Of a stretch of DNA of 64,000 nt, positions 50,405 to 64,000 are shown piece after piece. The notes under the pieces are model-generated. The model searched no databases, was not told the origin of the DNA, and worked only from the letters and a program-made list of their open reading frames with translations. Made by a program: the position numbers and the translations under genes. The stretch lies in the NCBI GenBank assembly GCA_950097015.1, contig CATNEN010000005.1, forward strand, positions 2,356,001-2,420,000. Reading direction: 5' to 3'. Every line of letters starts with the position of its first letter. The stretch's first letter is position 1. Origin of the DNA: Macrostomum hystrix (taxonomy: Eukaryota; Animalia; Platyhelminthes).

Positions 50405-52692
50405 CGAGATCAAGGAGTGACTGATGATCTCGGAGTGAATCCCTGAGTGACTGCTGATCTCGGAGTGAATCCCTGAGTGACTGATGATCTCGGAGTGAAT
50501 CCCTGAGTGACTGCTGATCTCGGAGTGAATCTCTGAGTGACTGATGATCTCAGAGTGAATCCCTGAGTGACTGATGATCTCGGAGTGAATCCCTGAGTGA
50601 CTGATGATCTCTGAGTGAATCCCTGAGTGACTGCTGATCTCGGAGTGAATCTCTGAGTGACTGATGATCTCGGAGTGAATCTCTGAGTGACTGATGATCT
50701 CGGAGTGAATCCCTGAGTGACTGATGATCTCGGAGTGAATCCCTGAGTGACTGATGATCTCGGAGTGAATCTCTGAGTGACTGATGATCTCTGAGTGAAT
50801 CTCTGAGTGACTGATGATCTCTGAGTGAATCCCTGAGTGACTGATGATCTCGGAGTGAATCTCTGAGTGACTGCTGATCTCGGAGTGAATCTCTGAGTGA
50901 CTGCTGATCTCGGAGTGAATCTCTGAGTGACTGCTGATCTCGGAGTGAATCTCTGAGTGACTGATGATCTCGGAGTGAATCCCTGAGTGACTGATGATCT
51001 CTGAGTGAATCTCTGAGTGACTGATGATCTCTGAGTGAATCTCTGAGTGACTGATGATCTCGGAGTGTATCTCTGAGTGACTGCTGATCTCGGAGTGAAT
51101 CTCTGAGTGACTGATGATCTCGGAGTGAATCCCTGAGTGACTGATGATCTCTGAGTGAATCTCTGAGTGACTGATGATCTCTGAGTGAATCCCTGAGTGA
51201 CTGATGATCTCGGAGTGAATCTCTGAGTGACTGCTGATCTCGGAGTGAATCTCTGAGTGACTGCTGATCTCGGAGTGAATCTCTGAGTGACTGATGATCT
51301 CGGAGTGAATCCCTGAGTGACTGATGATCTCTGAGTGAATCTCTGAGTGACTGATGATCTCTGAGTGAATCCCTGAGTGACTGATGATCTCGGAGTGAAT
51401 CTCTGAGTGACTGCTGATCTCGGAGTGAATCTCTGAGTGACTGATGATCTCGGAGTGAATCCCTGAGTGACTGATGATCTCGGAGTGAATCCCTGAGTGA
51501 CTGATGATCTCTGAGTGAATCCCTGAGTGACTGATGATCTCTGAGTGAATCCCTGAGTGACTGCTGATCTCGGAGTGAATCTCTGAGTGACTGATGATCT
51601 CGGAGTGAATCTCTGAGTGACTGATGATCTCGGAGTGAATCCCTGAGTGACTGCTGATCTCGGAGTGAATCTCTGAGTGACTGATGATCTCGGAGTGAAT
51701 CCCTGAGTGACTGCTGATCTCGGAGTGAATCTCTGAGTGACTGATGATCTCGGAATGAATCTCTGAGTGACTGATGATCTCGGAGTGAATCTCTGAGTGA
51801 CTGATGATCTCTGAGTGAATCTCTGAGTGACTGATGATCTCGGAGTGAATCCCTGAGTGACTGCTGATCTCGGAGTGAATCTCTGAGTGACTGATGATCT
51901 CGGAGTGAATCCCTGAGTGACTGCTGATCTCGGAGTGAATCTCTGAGTGACTGATGATCTCTGAGTGAATCTCTGAGTGACTGATGATCTCGGAGTGAAT
52001 CCCTGAGTGACTGCTGATCTCGGATTGAATCCCTGAGTGACTGCTGATCTCGGAGTGAATCCCTGAGTGACTGCTGATCTCGGAGTGAATCCCTGAGTGA
52101 CTGATGATCTCGGAGTGAATCCCTGAGTGACTGCTGATCTCGGAGTGAATCTCTGAGTGACTGATGATCTCTGAGTGAATCTCTGAGTGACTGATGATCT
52201 CGGAGTGAATCCCTGAGTGACTGCTGATCTCGGAGTGAATCCCTGAGTGACTGATGATCTCGGAGTGAATCCCTGAGTGACTGATGATCTCGGAGTGAAT
52301 CCCTGAGTGACTGCTGATCTCGGAGTGAATCTCTGAGTGACTGATGATCTCGGAGTGAATCCCTGAGTGACTGCTGATCTCGGAGTGAATCTCTGAGTGA
52401 CTGATGATCTCTGAGTGCATCTCTGAGTGACTGATGATCTCGGAGTGAATCTCTGAGTGACTGCTGATCTCGGAGTGAATCTCTGAGTGACTGATGATCT
52501 CGGAGTGAATCCCTGAGTGACTGCTGATCTCGGAGTGAATCTCTGAGTGACTGATGATCTCGGAGTGAATCTCTGAGTGACTGATGATCTCGGAGTGAAT
52601 CTCTGAGTGACTGATGATCTCGGAATGAATCTCTGAGTGACTGATGATCTCGGAGTGAATCTCTGAGTGACTGATGATCTCGGAGTGAATCA
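50405..52692. repeat. Tandem array, 30-bp unit GATCTCGGAGTGAATCCCTGAGTGACTGAT, ~76 copies
   Basis: Direct copies with no indels; three common binary variants. Confidence 0.97.
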
Positions 52693-53142
52693 TTAAATGA
52701 CTAAATGAACAATTAAGGATAATATGACGAGTCTAACATTTTTGCAACGACAAAATCTATGACTGACAGGTTTCAAAACTGATTGCTGTGTTAACAACAC
52801 TCGTTAAAAAGAATAGAACAGAAGAAGACTGCACAATAGTGATAACAAACCTCAGTGTCATTTCGCAATTAGTGTGGATATACTTGCACAATTGTCCAGC
52901 CGGCATGCTGTAGATGCAGACTATAGACAAGGAGTCAGTGCAAATCGCTGTAGACTAGCAGCGGCTAACATTTTTGAAATTCCTCACAATACCAGCCAGC
53001 GCAGTTTCTGGTTAAAGTTGCCAATTTGAAAAAGAAGAGCTTTGGAAGCAATTACGGGAGACCCGATAACTTGCTCCTGCTGCCGTTTTCGTGGGAATTC
53101 AGTCCCAGTCTAAATAGTTAGTTCCTCATACATAGAATTTCT

Positions 53143-54232
53143 CTAGATCTGGAAATCTAGATCTTGTAGATCTGGTAATCTAGATCTTCTAGATCTGGTA
53201 ATCTAGATCTTGTAGATCTGGCAATCTAGATTTTGTAGATCTGGCAATCTAGATCTTGTAGATCTGGTAATCTAGATCTTCTAGATCTGGTAATCTAGAT
53301 CTTGTAGATCTGGCAATCTAGATTTTGTAGATCTGGCAATCTAGATTTTGTAGATCTGGCAATCTAGATTTTGTAGATCTGGCAATCTAGATTTTGTAGA
53401 TCTGGCAATCTAGATTTTGTAGATCTGGCAATCTATATTTTTTAGATCTGGCAATCTATATTTTGTAGATCTGGCAATCTAGATTTTGTAGATCTGGAAA
53501 TCTAGATCTTGTAGATCTGGTAATCTAGATCTTCTAGATCTGGCAATCTAGATTTTGTAGATCTGGCAATCTAGATCTTGTAGACCTGGAAATCTAGATC
53601 TTGTAGATCTGGCAATCTAGATTTCGTAGATCTGGCAATCTAGATTTTGTAGATCTGGCAATCTAGATTTTTTAGATCTGGCAATCTAGATTTTGTAGAT
53701 CTGGCAATCTAGATCTTATAGATTTGGCAATCTAGATTTTGTAGATCTGGCAATTTAGATCTTATAGATCTGGCAATCTAGATCTTGTAGATCTGGCAAT
53801 CTAGATCTTGTAGATCTGGCAATCTAGATTTCGTAGATCTGGCAATCTAGATTTTGTAGATCTGGCAATCTAGATTTTGTAGATCTGGCAATCTAGATCT
53901 TGTAGATCTGGTAATCTAGATCTTGTAGATCTGGCAATCTAGATTTTGTAGATCTGGCAATCTAGATCTTGTAGATCTGGTAATCTAGATCTTGTAGATC
54001 TGGCAATCTAGATTTTGTAGATCTGGCAATCTAGATCTTGTAGATCTGGTAATCTAGATCTTCTAGATCTGGTAATCTAGATTTTATAGATCTGGTAATC
54101 TAGATCTTGTAGATCTGGCAATCTAGATTTTGTAGATCTGGCAATCTAGATCTTGTAGATCTGGTAATCTAGATCTTGTAGATCTGGCAATCTAGATTTT
54201 GTAGATCTGGCAATCTAGATATCCTTGTCTAG
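53143..54232. repeat. Tandem array, 23-bp unit AGATCTGGCAATCTAGATTTTGT, ~47 copies
   Basis: Direct copies containing the palindromes AATCTAGATT and AGATCT. Confidence 0.96.
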
Positions 54233-55179
54233 TATAATCTAGACCCCTTCTTTTTAACCAAAGGTCTGTACGCATGACAAAAAGACAAAGGATCAGAAAC
54301 ATCTATTTGTACAGCGCTGACAACTAAATAGGTCACAATGAACCCTAGATGTACTGACCAAGAGAAAATTTTTCCCTAAGCTAATCTTAATCCGAATCGT
54401 TACGATCTGATAAGTTTTAGTGTCAGTTTATTAACCAACTCTTTGTTCCGGGTAGAACCAGGTAAAATAAGCGTGCTTATTTTAAAGGTGTTTAGGTGTA
54501 AAGATAACTCTAGATAACCCGAATCTCAGTAACAAAGAGATCAACTTAAACACCGGGTAGTGTGTGCCCACACAGATTATTTCGTTGCTATGAAATCCCC
54601 TTTAGCAAAAAAATCATAAATAAAGGTGGGTGCGTTTGTGTTCCTCTAGAATCCGAAAGTTTGTGAATTAGTTTAGCCACTTATTGCCCCTTAAGGGGTG
54701 TTAGGGTAAAGCACCCAGTTTTGATGCTTTTATCAAAACTGCCAATCTTTCTTCTCTGATGCGCCAAACATACAAGCGATCTAGGGCAGACACTTCCACT
54801 ATCCGCACCTTTCCCAATCTATGCAGCCGTTTAATTAGCCACCGAGACCAGAAGGTAATCCTTGGTTTGCGCAGATTACAGCGAAAACCCGCCACTCCCT
54901 TAAATCTCAGCAAAGAGGTCAGGGATATTATTGTTAATCAGGCCGTAAAACCTACACACAACTATGATTTCCCACCTTTTGGCTAACAATTTATAATGAT
55001 CAGGATGTAAGCCTGAATTTGCGCATTCCAAACTGCGTGCTTAGCGAAGGGCTCTATTAGTTTTATGGACCAATTAAATTGGGCCGCGATGAGATTGTGC
55101 AACACTGCGACTGCACTGATTTGCAGCAATGCAATACCATTTTTTAATACCTTTTAAAGCCTTCAACCATGTTCAACCA

Positions 55180-56510
55180 TGAATTCCTAGCTTTATTATG
55201 GAATGGTTTAGCAATCCATTCTATTCCTTGCTTTAGAATGGGATGGTTTAGCAATCCATTCTATTCCTAGCTTTATTATGGAATGGTTTAGCAATCCATT
55301 CTATTCCTAGCTTTATTATGGAATGGTTTAGCAATCCATTCTATTCCTTGCTTTAGAATGGGATGGTTTAGCAATCCATTCTATTCCTAGCTTTATTATG
55401 GAATGGTTTAGCAATCCATTCTATTCCTTGCTTTAGAATGGGATGGTTTAGCAATCCATTCTATTTCTTGCTTTATTATGGAATGGTTTAGCAATCCATT
55501 CTATTCCTTGCTTTATAATGGGATGGTTTAGCAATCCATTCTATTCCTTGCTTTATTATGGAATGGTTTAGCAATCCATTCTATTCCTTGCTTTAGAATG
55601 GGATGGTTTAGCAATCCATTCTATTCCTTGCTTTATAATGGGATGGTTTAGCAATCCATTCTATTCCTTGCTTTAGAATGGGATGGTTTAGCAATCCATT
55701 CTATTCCTTGCTTTAGAATGGGATGGTTTAGCAATCCATTCTATTCCTTGCTTTAGAATGGGATGGTTTAGCAATCCATTCTATTCCTTGCTTTATAATG
55801 GGATGGTTTAGCAATCCATTCTATTCCTTGCTTTATTATGGAATGGTTTAGCAATCCATTCTATTCCTTGCTTTATTATGGGATGGTTTAGCAATCCATT
55901 CTATTCCTTGCTTTAGAATGGGATGGTTTAGCAATCCATTATATTCCTTGCTTTAGAATGAGATGGTTTAGCAATCCATTATATTCCTTGCTTTAGAATG
56001 AGATGGTTTAGCAATCCATTCTATTCCTTGCTTTAGAATGGGATGGTTTAGCAATCCATTCTATTCCTTGCTTTATAATGGGGTGGTTTAGCAATCCATT
56101 CTATTCCTTGTTTTAGAATGGGATGGTTTAGCAATCCATTCTATTCCTTGCTTTAGAATGGGATGGTTTAGCAATCCATTCTATTCCTTGCTTTAGAATG
56201 AGATGGTTTAGCAATCCATTCTATTCCTTGCTTTAGAATGGGATGGTTTAGCAATCCATTCTATTCCTTGCTTTATTATGGAATGGTTTAGCAATCCATT
56301 CTATTTCTTGCTTTATTATGGAATGGTTTAGCAATCCATTCTATTCCTTGCTTTATAATGGGATGGTTTAGCAATCCATTCTATTCCTTGCTTTATAATG
56401 GGATAGTTTAGCAATCCATTCTATTCCTTGCTTTAGAATGGGATGGTTTAGCAATCCATTCTATTTCTAGCTTTATAACTATATGGTTTAGCAATCCATT
56501 CTATTCCTCG
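55180..56510. repeat. Tandem array, 40-bp unit GAATGGTTTAGCAATCCATTCTATTCCTTGCTTTATTATG, ~33 copies
   Basis: Direct copies. Confidence 0.96.
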
Positions 56511-57269
56511 ACTGCATTGCTTCAAAATCTGCGTTACTGGTATTAGCAATATGATTTATGACCAGCTAAAATGTGGACGAAAACAGGAATTGACCACTCG
56601 CGTGAAGGTGTCATATTATCACACAAATTTTTAAACAGGCCTATCTCTCACAAGTCTATTTTGTTATTGTTCGATGCGTTAGCTAAGTGACACGAATGAT
56701 TGATTTAAAAAAACTTGTTTGTCCATCGTTCGAAGTGGTTCCACACACACACTCTTTCTCCCTCTAGTCTTTGTTACACAGTTAGGCGTCTATTATTTCC
56801 TAATCGGTCAAGCTGGACACACAAAGACTTTTAAATCACAGCCCACGCCGCACGAAGTGGTCATTTTACACGGCTATAGAGAGATAATATTAATTAGGTC
56901 TTTGTTTTTGCACCGCGTATCAATTTGTATTTCCGAATCCTAACTATTAGTGGGATCTAATTCACGAAAAAAATGATACGGATCTTGAACAAGACGGACA
57001 TTCTGAACAAAGAGCGAACATGTACACGAGGCGGGGTGCTAGAAAATAGCGGCATTATATCCTGTTTCATTATTGTTAAATGTAACTGCAGGAATTGTGA
57101 GGCTGCGGCGCGATATTGTTAGAAAATTGTGATTGATTTGCTGCCGAGACAAATTGCTTCTCTTTTTTTCGCCAGTTAATTTAAAACGCATTTTCAAACA
57201 GGTTTTACGAATCCGACAACTAGTTTACTGTTCACTGACATGGTAAGAAAATTATTTAAATTGTCCTGG

Positions 57270-60200
57270 ATATTGTAGACTAGACTAGCAATCCAATCTA
57301 GCTATTCTCCTGGATACTGTAGACTAGACTAGCAATCCATTCTAGCTATTCTCCTGGATATTGTAGACTAGACTAGCAATCCATTCTAGCTATTCTCCTG
57401 GATATTGTAGACTAGACTAGCAATCCATTCTAGCTATTCTCCTGGATATTGCAGACTAGACTAGCAATCCATTCTAGCTATTCTCCTGGATACTGTAGGC
57501 TAGACTAGCAATCCATTCTAGCTATTCTCCTGGATACTGTAGGCTAGACTAGCAATCCATTCTAGCAATTCTCCTGGATACTGTAGACTAGACTAGCAAT
57601 CCATTCTAGCTATTCTCCTGGATACTGAAGAACAGACTAGCAATCCATTCTAGCTATTCTCCTGGATATTGCAGACTAGACTAGCAATCCATTCTAGCTA
57701 TTCTCCTGGATATTGTAGACTAGACTAGCAATCCATTCTAGCTATTCTCCTGGATATTGTAGACTAGACTAGCAATCCATTCTAGCTATTCTCCTGGATA
57801 TTGTAGACTAGACTAGCAATCCATTCTAGCTATTCTCCTGGATATTGCAGACTAGACTAGCAATCCATTCTAGCTATTCTCCTGGATACTGTAGACTAGA
57901 CTAGCAATCCATTCTAGCTATTCTCCTGGATACTGTAGACTAGACTAGCAATCCATTCTAGCTATTCTCCTGGATACTGTAGACTAGACTAGCAATCCAT
58001 TCTAGCTATTCTCCTGGATATTGCAGACTAGACTAGCAATCCATTCTAGCTATTCTCCTGGATACTCTAGACTAGACTAGCAATCCATTCTAGCTATTCT
58101 CCTGGATACTGTAGACTAGACTAGCAATCCATTCTAGCTATTCTCCTGGATACTGTAGACTAGACTAGCAATCCATTCTAGCTATTCTCCTGGATACTGT
58201 AGACTAGACTAGCAATCCATTCAAGCTATTCTCCTGGATATTGTAGACTAGACTAGCAATCCATTCTAGCTATTCTCCTGGATATTGCAGACTAGACTAG
58301 CAATCCATTCTAGCTATTCTCCTGGATATTGTAGGCTAGACTAGCAATCCATTCTAGCTATTCTCCTGGATATTGCAGACTAGACTAGCAATCCATTCTA
58401 GCTATTCTCCTGGATATTGCAGACTAGACTAGCAATCCATTCTTGATATTCTCCTGGATATTGCAGACTAGACTAGCAATCCATTCTAGCTATTCTCCTG
58501 GATATTGTAGACTAGACTAGCAATCCATTCTTGATATTCTCCTGGATATTGCAGACTAGACTAGCAATCCATTCTAGCTATTCTCCTGGATACTGTAGAC
58601 TAGACTAGCAATCCATTCTAGCTATTCTCCTGGATACTGTAGACTAGACTAGCAATCCATTCTAGCTATTCTCCTGGATATTGTAGACTAGACTAGCAAT
58701 CCATTCTAGCTATTCTCCTGGATATTGCAGACTAGACTAGCAATCCATTCTAGCTATTCTCCTGGATATTGCAGACTAGACTAGCAATCCATTCTAGCTA
58801 TTCTCCTGGATATTGCAGACTAGACTAGCAATCCATTCTAGCTATTCTCCTGGATACTGCAGACTAGACTAGCAATCCATTCTAGCTATTCTCCTGGATA
58901 TTGCAGACTAGACTAGCAATCCATTCTAGCTATTCTCCTGGATACTCTAGACTAGACTAGCAATCCATTCTAGCTATTCTCCTGGATACTGTAGACTAGA
59001 CTAGCAATCCATTCTAGCTATTCTCCTGGATACTGTAGACTAGACTAGCAATCCATTCTAGCTATTCTCCTGGATACTCTAGACTAGACTAGCAATCCAT
59101 TCTAGCTATTCTCCTGGATACTGTAGACTAGACTAGCAATCCATTCTAGCTATTCTCCTGGATACTCTAGACTAGACTAGCAATCCATTCTAGCTATTCT
59201 CCTGGATACTGCAGACTAGACTAGCAATCCATTCTAGCTATTCTCCTGGATATTGCAGACTAGACTAGCAATCCATTCTAGCTATTCTCCTGGATACTCT
59301 AGACTAGACTAGCAATCCATTCTAGCTATTCTCCTGGATACTGTAGACTAGACTAGCAATCCATTCTAGCTATTCTCCTGGATACTGTAGACTAGACTAG
59401 CAATCCATTCTAGCTATTCTCCTGGATACTCTAGACTAGACTAGCAATCCATTCTAGCTATTCTCCTGGATATTGTAGACTAGACTAGCAATCCATTCTA
59501 GCTATTCTCCTGGATATTGCAGACTAGACTAGCAATCCATTCTAGCTATTCTCCTGGATATTGTAGACTAGACTAGCAATCCATTCTAGCTATTCTCCTG
59601 GATATTGTAGACTAGATTAGCAATCCATTCTAGCTATTCTCCTGGATATTGTAGACTAGATTAGCAATCCATTCTAGCTATTCTCCTGGATATTGTAGAC
59701 TAGATTAGCAATCCATTCTAGCTATTCTCCTGGATACTGAAGAAAAGACTAGCAATCCATTCTAGCTATTCTCCTGGATACTGTAGACTAGACTAGCAAT
59801 CCATTCTAGCTATTCTCCTGGATACTGAAGAACAGACTAGCAATCCATTCTAGCTATTCTCCTGGATATTGTAGACTAGACTAGCAATCCATTCTAGCTA
59901 TTCTCCTGGATATTGTAGACTAGACTAGCAATCCATTCTAGCTATTCTCCTGGATATTGTAGACTAGACTAGCAATCCATTCTAGCTATTCTCCTGGATA
60001 CTGTAGGCTAGACTAGCAATCCAATCTAGCTATTCTCCTGGATATTGCAGACTAGACTAGCAATCCATTCTAGCTATTCTCCTGGATACTGTAGACTAGA
60101 CTAGCAATCCATTCTAGCTATTCTCCTGGATATTGCAGACTAGACTAGCAATCCATTCTAGCTATTCTCCTGGATATTGCAGACTAGACTAGCAATCCAT

Positions 60201-63200
60201 TCTAGCTATTCTCCTGGATATTGCAGACTAGACTAGCAATCTATTCTAGCTATTCTCCTGGATATTGCAGACTAGACTAGCAATCCATTCTAGCTATTCT
60301 CCTGGATATTGCAGACTAGACTAGCAATCCATTCTAGCTATTCTCCTGGATACTGTAGACTAGACTAGCAATCCATTCTAGCTATTCTCCTGGATATTGC
60401 AGACTAGACTAGCAATCCATTCTAGCTATTCTCCTGGATATTGTAGACTAGACTAGCAATCCATTCTAGCTATTCTCCTGGATATTGCAGACTAGACTAG
60501 CAATCCATTCTAGCTATTCTCCTGGATATTGTAGACTAGACTAGCAATCCAATCTAGCTATTCTCCTGGATACTGTAGACTAGACTAGCAATCCATTCTA
60601 GCTATTCTCCTGGATATTGTAGACTAGACTAGCAATCCAATCTAGCTATTCTCCTGGATACTGTAGACTAGACTAGCAATCCATTCTAGCTATTCTCCTG
60701 GATATTGTAGACTAGACTAGCAATCCATTCTAGCTATTCTCCTGGATATTGCAGACTAGACTAGCAATCCAATCTAGCTATTCTCCTGGATATTGCAGAC
60801 TAGACTAGCAATCCATTCTAGCTATTCTCCTGGATATTGCAGACTAGACTAGCAATCCAATCTAGCTATTCTCCTGGATATTGCAGACTAGACTAGCAAT
60901 CCATTCTAGCTATTCTCCTGGATATTGCAGACTAGACTAGCAATCCAATCTTGATATTCTCCTGGATATTGCAGACTAGACTAGCAATCCATTCTACCTA
61001 TTCTCCTGGATATTGCAGACTAGACTAGCAATCCATTCTAGCTATTCTCCTGGATACTGTAGACTAGACTAGCAATCCATTCTAGCTATTCTCCTGGATA
61101 CTGAAGAACAGACTAGCAATCCATTCTAGCTATTCTCCTGGATATTGCAGACTAGACTAGCAATCCATTCTAGCTATTCTCCTGGATATTGCAGAACAGA
61201 CTAGCAATCCATTCTAGCTATTCTCCTGGATATTGCAGACTAGACTAGCAATCCATTCTAGCTATTCTCCTGGATACTGTAGGCTAGACTAGCAATCCAT
61301 TCTAGCTATTCTCCTGGATACTGTAGACTAGACTAGCAATCCATTCTAGCTATTCTCCTGGATATTGTAGACTAGACTAGCAATCCATTCTAGCTATTCT
61401 CCTGGATATTGCAGACTAGACTAGCAATCCATTTTTGATATTCTCCTGGATACTGCAGACTAGACTAGCAATCCATTCAAGCTATTCTCCTGGATATTGC
61501 AGACTAGACTAGCAATCCATTCTAGCTATTCTCCTGGATACTGCAGACTAGACTAGCAATCCATTCTAGCTATTCTCCTGGATATTGTAGACTAGACTAG
61601 CAATCCATTCTAGCTATTCTCCTGGATATTGCAGACTAGACTAGCAATCCATTCTAGCTATTCTCCTGGATATTGCAGACTAGACTAGCAATCCATTCTA
61701 GCTATTCTCCTGGATACTGTAGACTAGACTAGCAATCCATTCTAGCTATTCTCCTGGATACTGTAGACTAGACTAGCAATCCATTCTAGCTATTCTCCTG
61801 GATATTGCAGACTAGACTAGCAATCCATTCTAGCTATTCTCCTGGATATTGTAGACTAGACTAGCAATCCATTCTAGCTATTCTCCTGGATATTGCAGAC
61901 TAGACTAGCAATCCATTCTAGCTATTCTCCTGGATATTGTAGACTAGACTAGCAATCCATTCTAGCTATTCTCCTGGATACTGTAGACTAGACTAGCAAT
62001 CCATTCTAGCTATTCTCCTGGATACTGTAGACTAGACTAGCAATCCATTCTAGCTATTCTCCTGGATACTGTAGACTAGACTAGCAATCCATTCTAGCTA
62101 TTCTCCTGGATATTGCAGACTAGACTAGCAATCCATTCTAGCTATTCTCCTGGATATTGTAGACTAGACTAGCAATCCATTCTAGCTATTCTCCTGGATA
62201 CTGTAGACTAGACTAGCAATCCATTCTAGCTATTCTCCTGGATACTCTAGACTAGACTAGCAATCCATTCTAGCTATTCTCCTGGATATTGTAGACTAGA
62301 CTAGCAATCCATTCTAGCTATTCTCCTGGATACTGTAGACTAGACTAGCAATCCATTCTAGCTATTCTCCTGGATACTCTAGACTAGACTAGCAATCCAT
62401 TCTAGCTATTCTCCTGGATATTGTAGACTAGACTAGCAATCCATTCTAGCTATTCTCCTGGATATTGCAGACTAGACTAGCAATCCATTCTAGCTATTCT
62501 CCTGGATATTGTAGACTAGACTAGCAATCCATTCTAGCTATTCTCCTGGATATTGTAGACTAGATTAGCAATCCATTCTAGCTATTCTCCTGGATATTGT
62601 AGACTAGATTAGCAATCCATTCTAGCTATTCTCCTGGATATTGTAGACTAGATTAGCAATCCATTCTAGCTATTCTCCTGGATACTGAAGAACAGACTAG
62701 CAATCCATTCTAGCTATTCTCCTGGATACTGTAGACTAGACTAGCAATCCATTCTAGCTATTCTCCTGGATACTGAAGAACAGACTAGCAATCCATTCTA
62801 GCTATTCTCCTGGATATTGTAGACTAGACTAGCAATCCATTCTAGCTATTCTCCTGGATATTGTAGACTAGACTAGCAATCCATTCTAGCTATTCTCCTG
62901 GATATTGTAGACTAGACTAGCAATCCATTCTAGCTATTCTCCTGGATACTGTAGGCTAGACTAGCAATCCAATCTAGCTATTCTCCTGGATATTGCAGAC
63001 TAGACTAGCAATCCATTCTAGCTATTCTCCTGGATACTGTAGACTAGACTAGCAATCCATTCTAGCTATTCTCCTGGATATTGCAGACTAGACTAGCAAT
63101 CCATTCTAGCTATTCTCCTGGATATTGCAGACTAGACTAGCAATCCATTCTAGCTATTCTCCTGGATATTGCAGACTAGACTAGCAATCCATTCTACCTA

Positions 63201-64000
63201 TTCTCCTGGATATTGCAGACTAGACTAGCAATCCATTCTAGCTATTCTCCTGGATACTGTAGACTAGACTAGCAATCCATTCTAGCTATTCTCCTGGATA
63301 CTGAAGAACAGACTAGCAATCCATTCTAGCTATTCTCCTGGATATTGCAGACTAGACTAGCAATCCATTCTAGCTATTCTCCTGGATATTGCAGAACAGA
63401 CTAGCAATCCATTCTAGCTATTCTCCTGGATATTGCAGACTAGACTAGCAATCCATTCTAGCTATTCTCCTGGATACTGTAGGCTAGACTAGCAATCCAT
63501 TCTAGCTATTCTCCTGGATACTGTAGACTAGACTAGCAATCCATTCTAGCTATTCTCCTGGATATTGTAGACTAGACTAGCAATCCATTCTAGCTATTCT
63601 CCTGGATATTGCAGACTAGACTAGCAATCCATTTTTGATATTCTCCTGGATACTGCAGACTAGACTAGCAATCCATTCAAGCTATTCTCCTGGATATTGC
63701 AGACTAGACTAGCAATCCATTCTAGCTATTCTCCTGGATACTGCAGACTAGACTAGCAATCCATTCTAGCTATTCTCCTGGATATTGTAGACTAGACTAG
63801 CAATCCATTCTAGCTATTCTCCTGGATATTGCAGACTAGACTAGCAATCCATTCTAGCTATTCTCCTGGATATTGCAGACTAGACTAGCAATCCATTCTA
63901 GCTATTCTCCTGGATACTGTAGACTAGACTAGCAATCCATTCTAGCTATTCTCCTGGATACTGTAGACTAGACTAGCAATCCATTCTAGCTATTCTCCTG
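57270..64000. repeat. Large tandem array, 44-bp unit TAGACTAGACTAGCAATCCATTCTAGCTATTCTCCTGGATATTG, >150 copies, runs off the right edge
   Basis: Direct copies with kb-scale internal duplications. Confidence 0.98.

Noticed and set aside
50405-52692. Hammerhead ribozyme core (CTGATGA in most units)
   Set aside because: No pairable stem II follows and the second core strand reads GAAT rather than GAAA.

Overview
Eukaryotic (invertebrate metazoan) genomic DNA. About 55% of the window (rough hand sum, ~35 kb) is short-period tandem repeat spread over roughly 28 arrays. The low-complexity proteins and satellite-filled introns recall Macrostomum-type flatworms, but that is inference only. Two multi-exon genes are well supported and convergent: a 9-exon RABGAP1/RABGAP1L-like Rab GAP (+, 11446-25230; PTB, kinesin-like, TBC and coiled-coil regions; ~1015 aa) and a 3-exon NK1/slouch homeobox gene (-, 43621-40377; ~331 aa). 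Upstream are an intronless secreted PAN/Apple + LamG gene (-) and a tandem paralog whose middle is replaced by a fold-back scar; a 46-nt GT-AG segment in that scar would restore the reading frame if spliced. Also present: tRNA-headed SINE-like elements (one with a ~280-nt branched hairpin), a decayed Sola-like transposase, and short candidate alternative exons in the RABGAP1 gene. The strongest candidate for something undescribed is the 30-bp array at 27121-29810. It is open in only one of six frames, its variants are mostly synonymous in that frame, and it is bracketed by a phase-0 acceptor and a GTGAGT/stop, so it may be a hidden repetitive coding exon, (RSQGGSDPNL)x~89. Most other long repetitive ORFs in the track are artefacts of intronic satellites. 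All alignments and counts were done by eye, and array boundaries are approximate.
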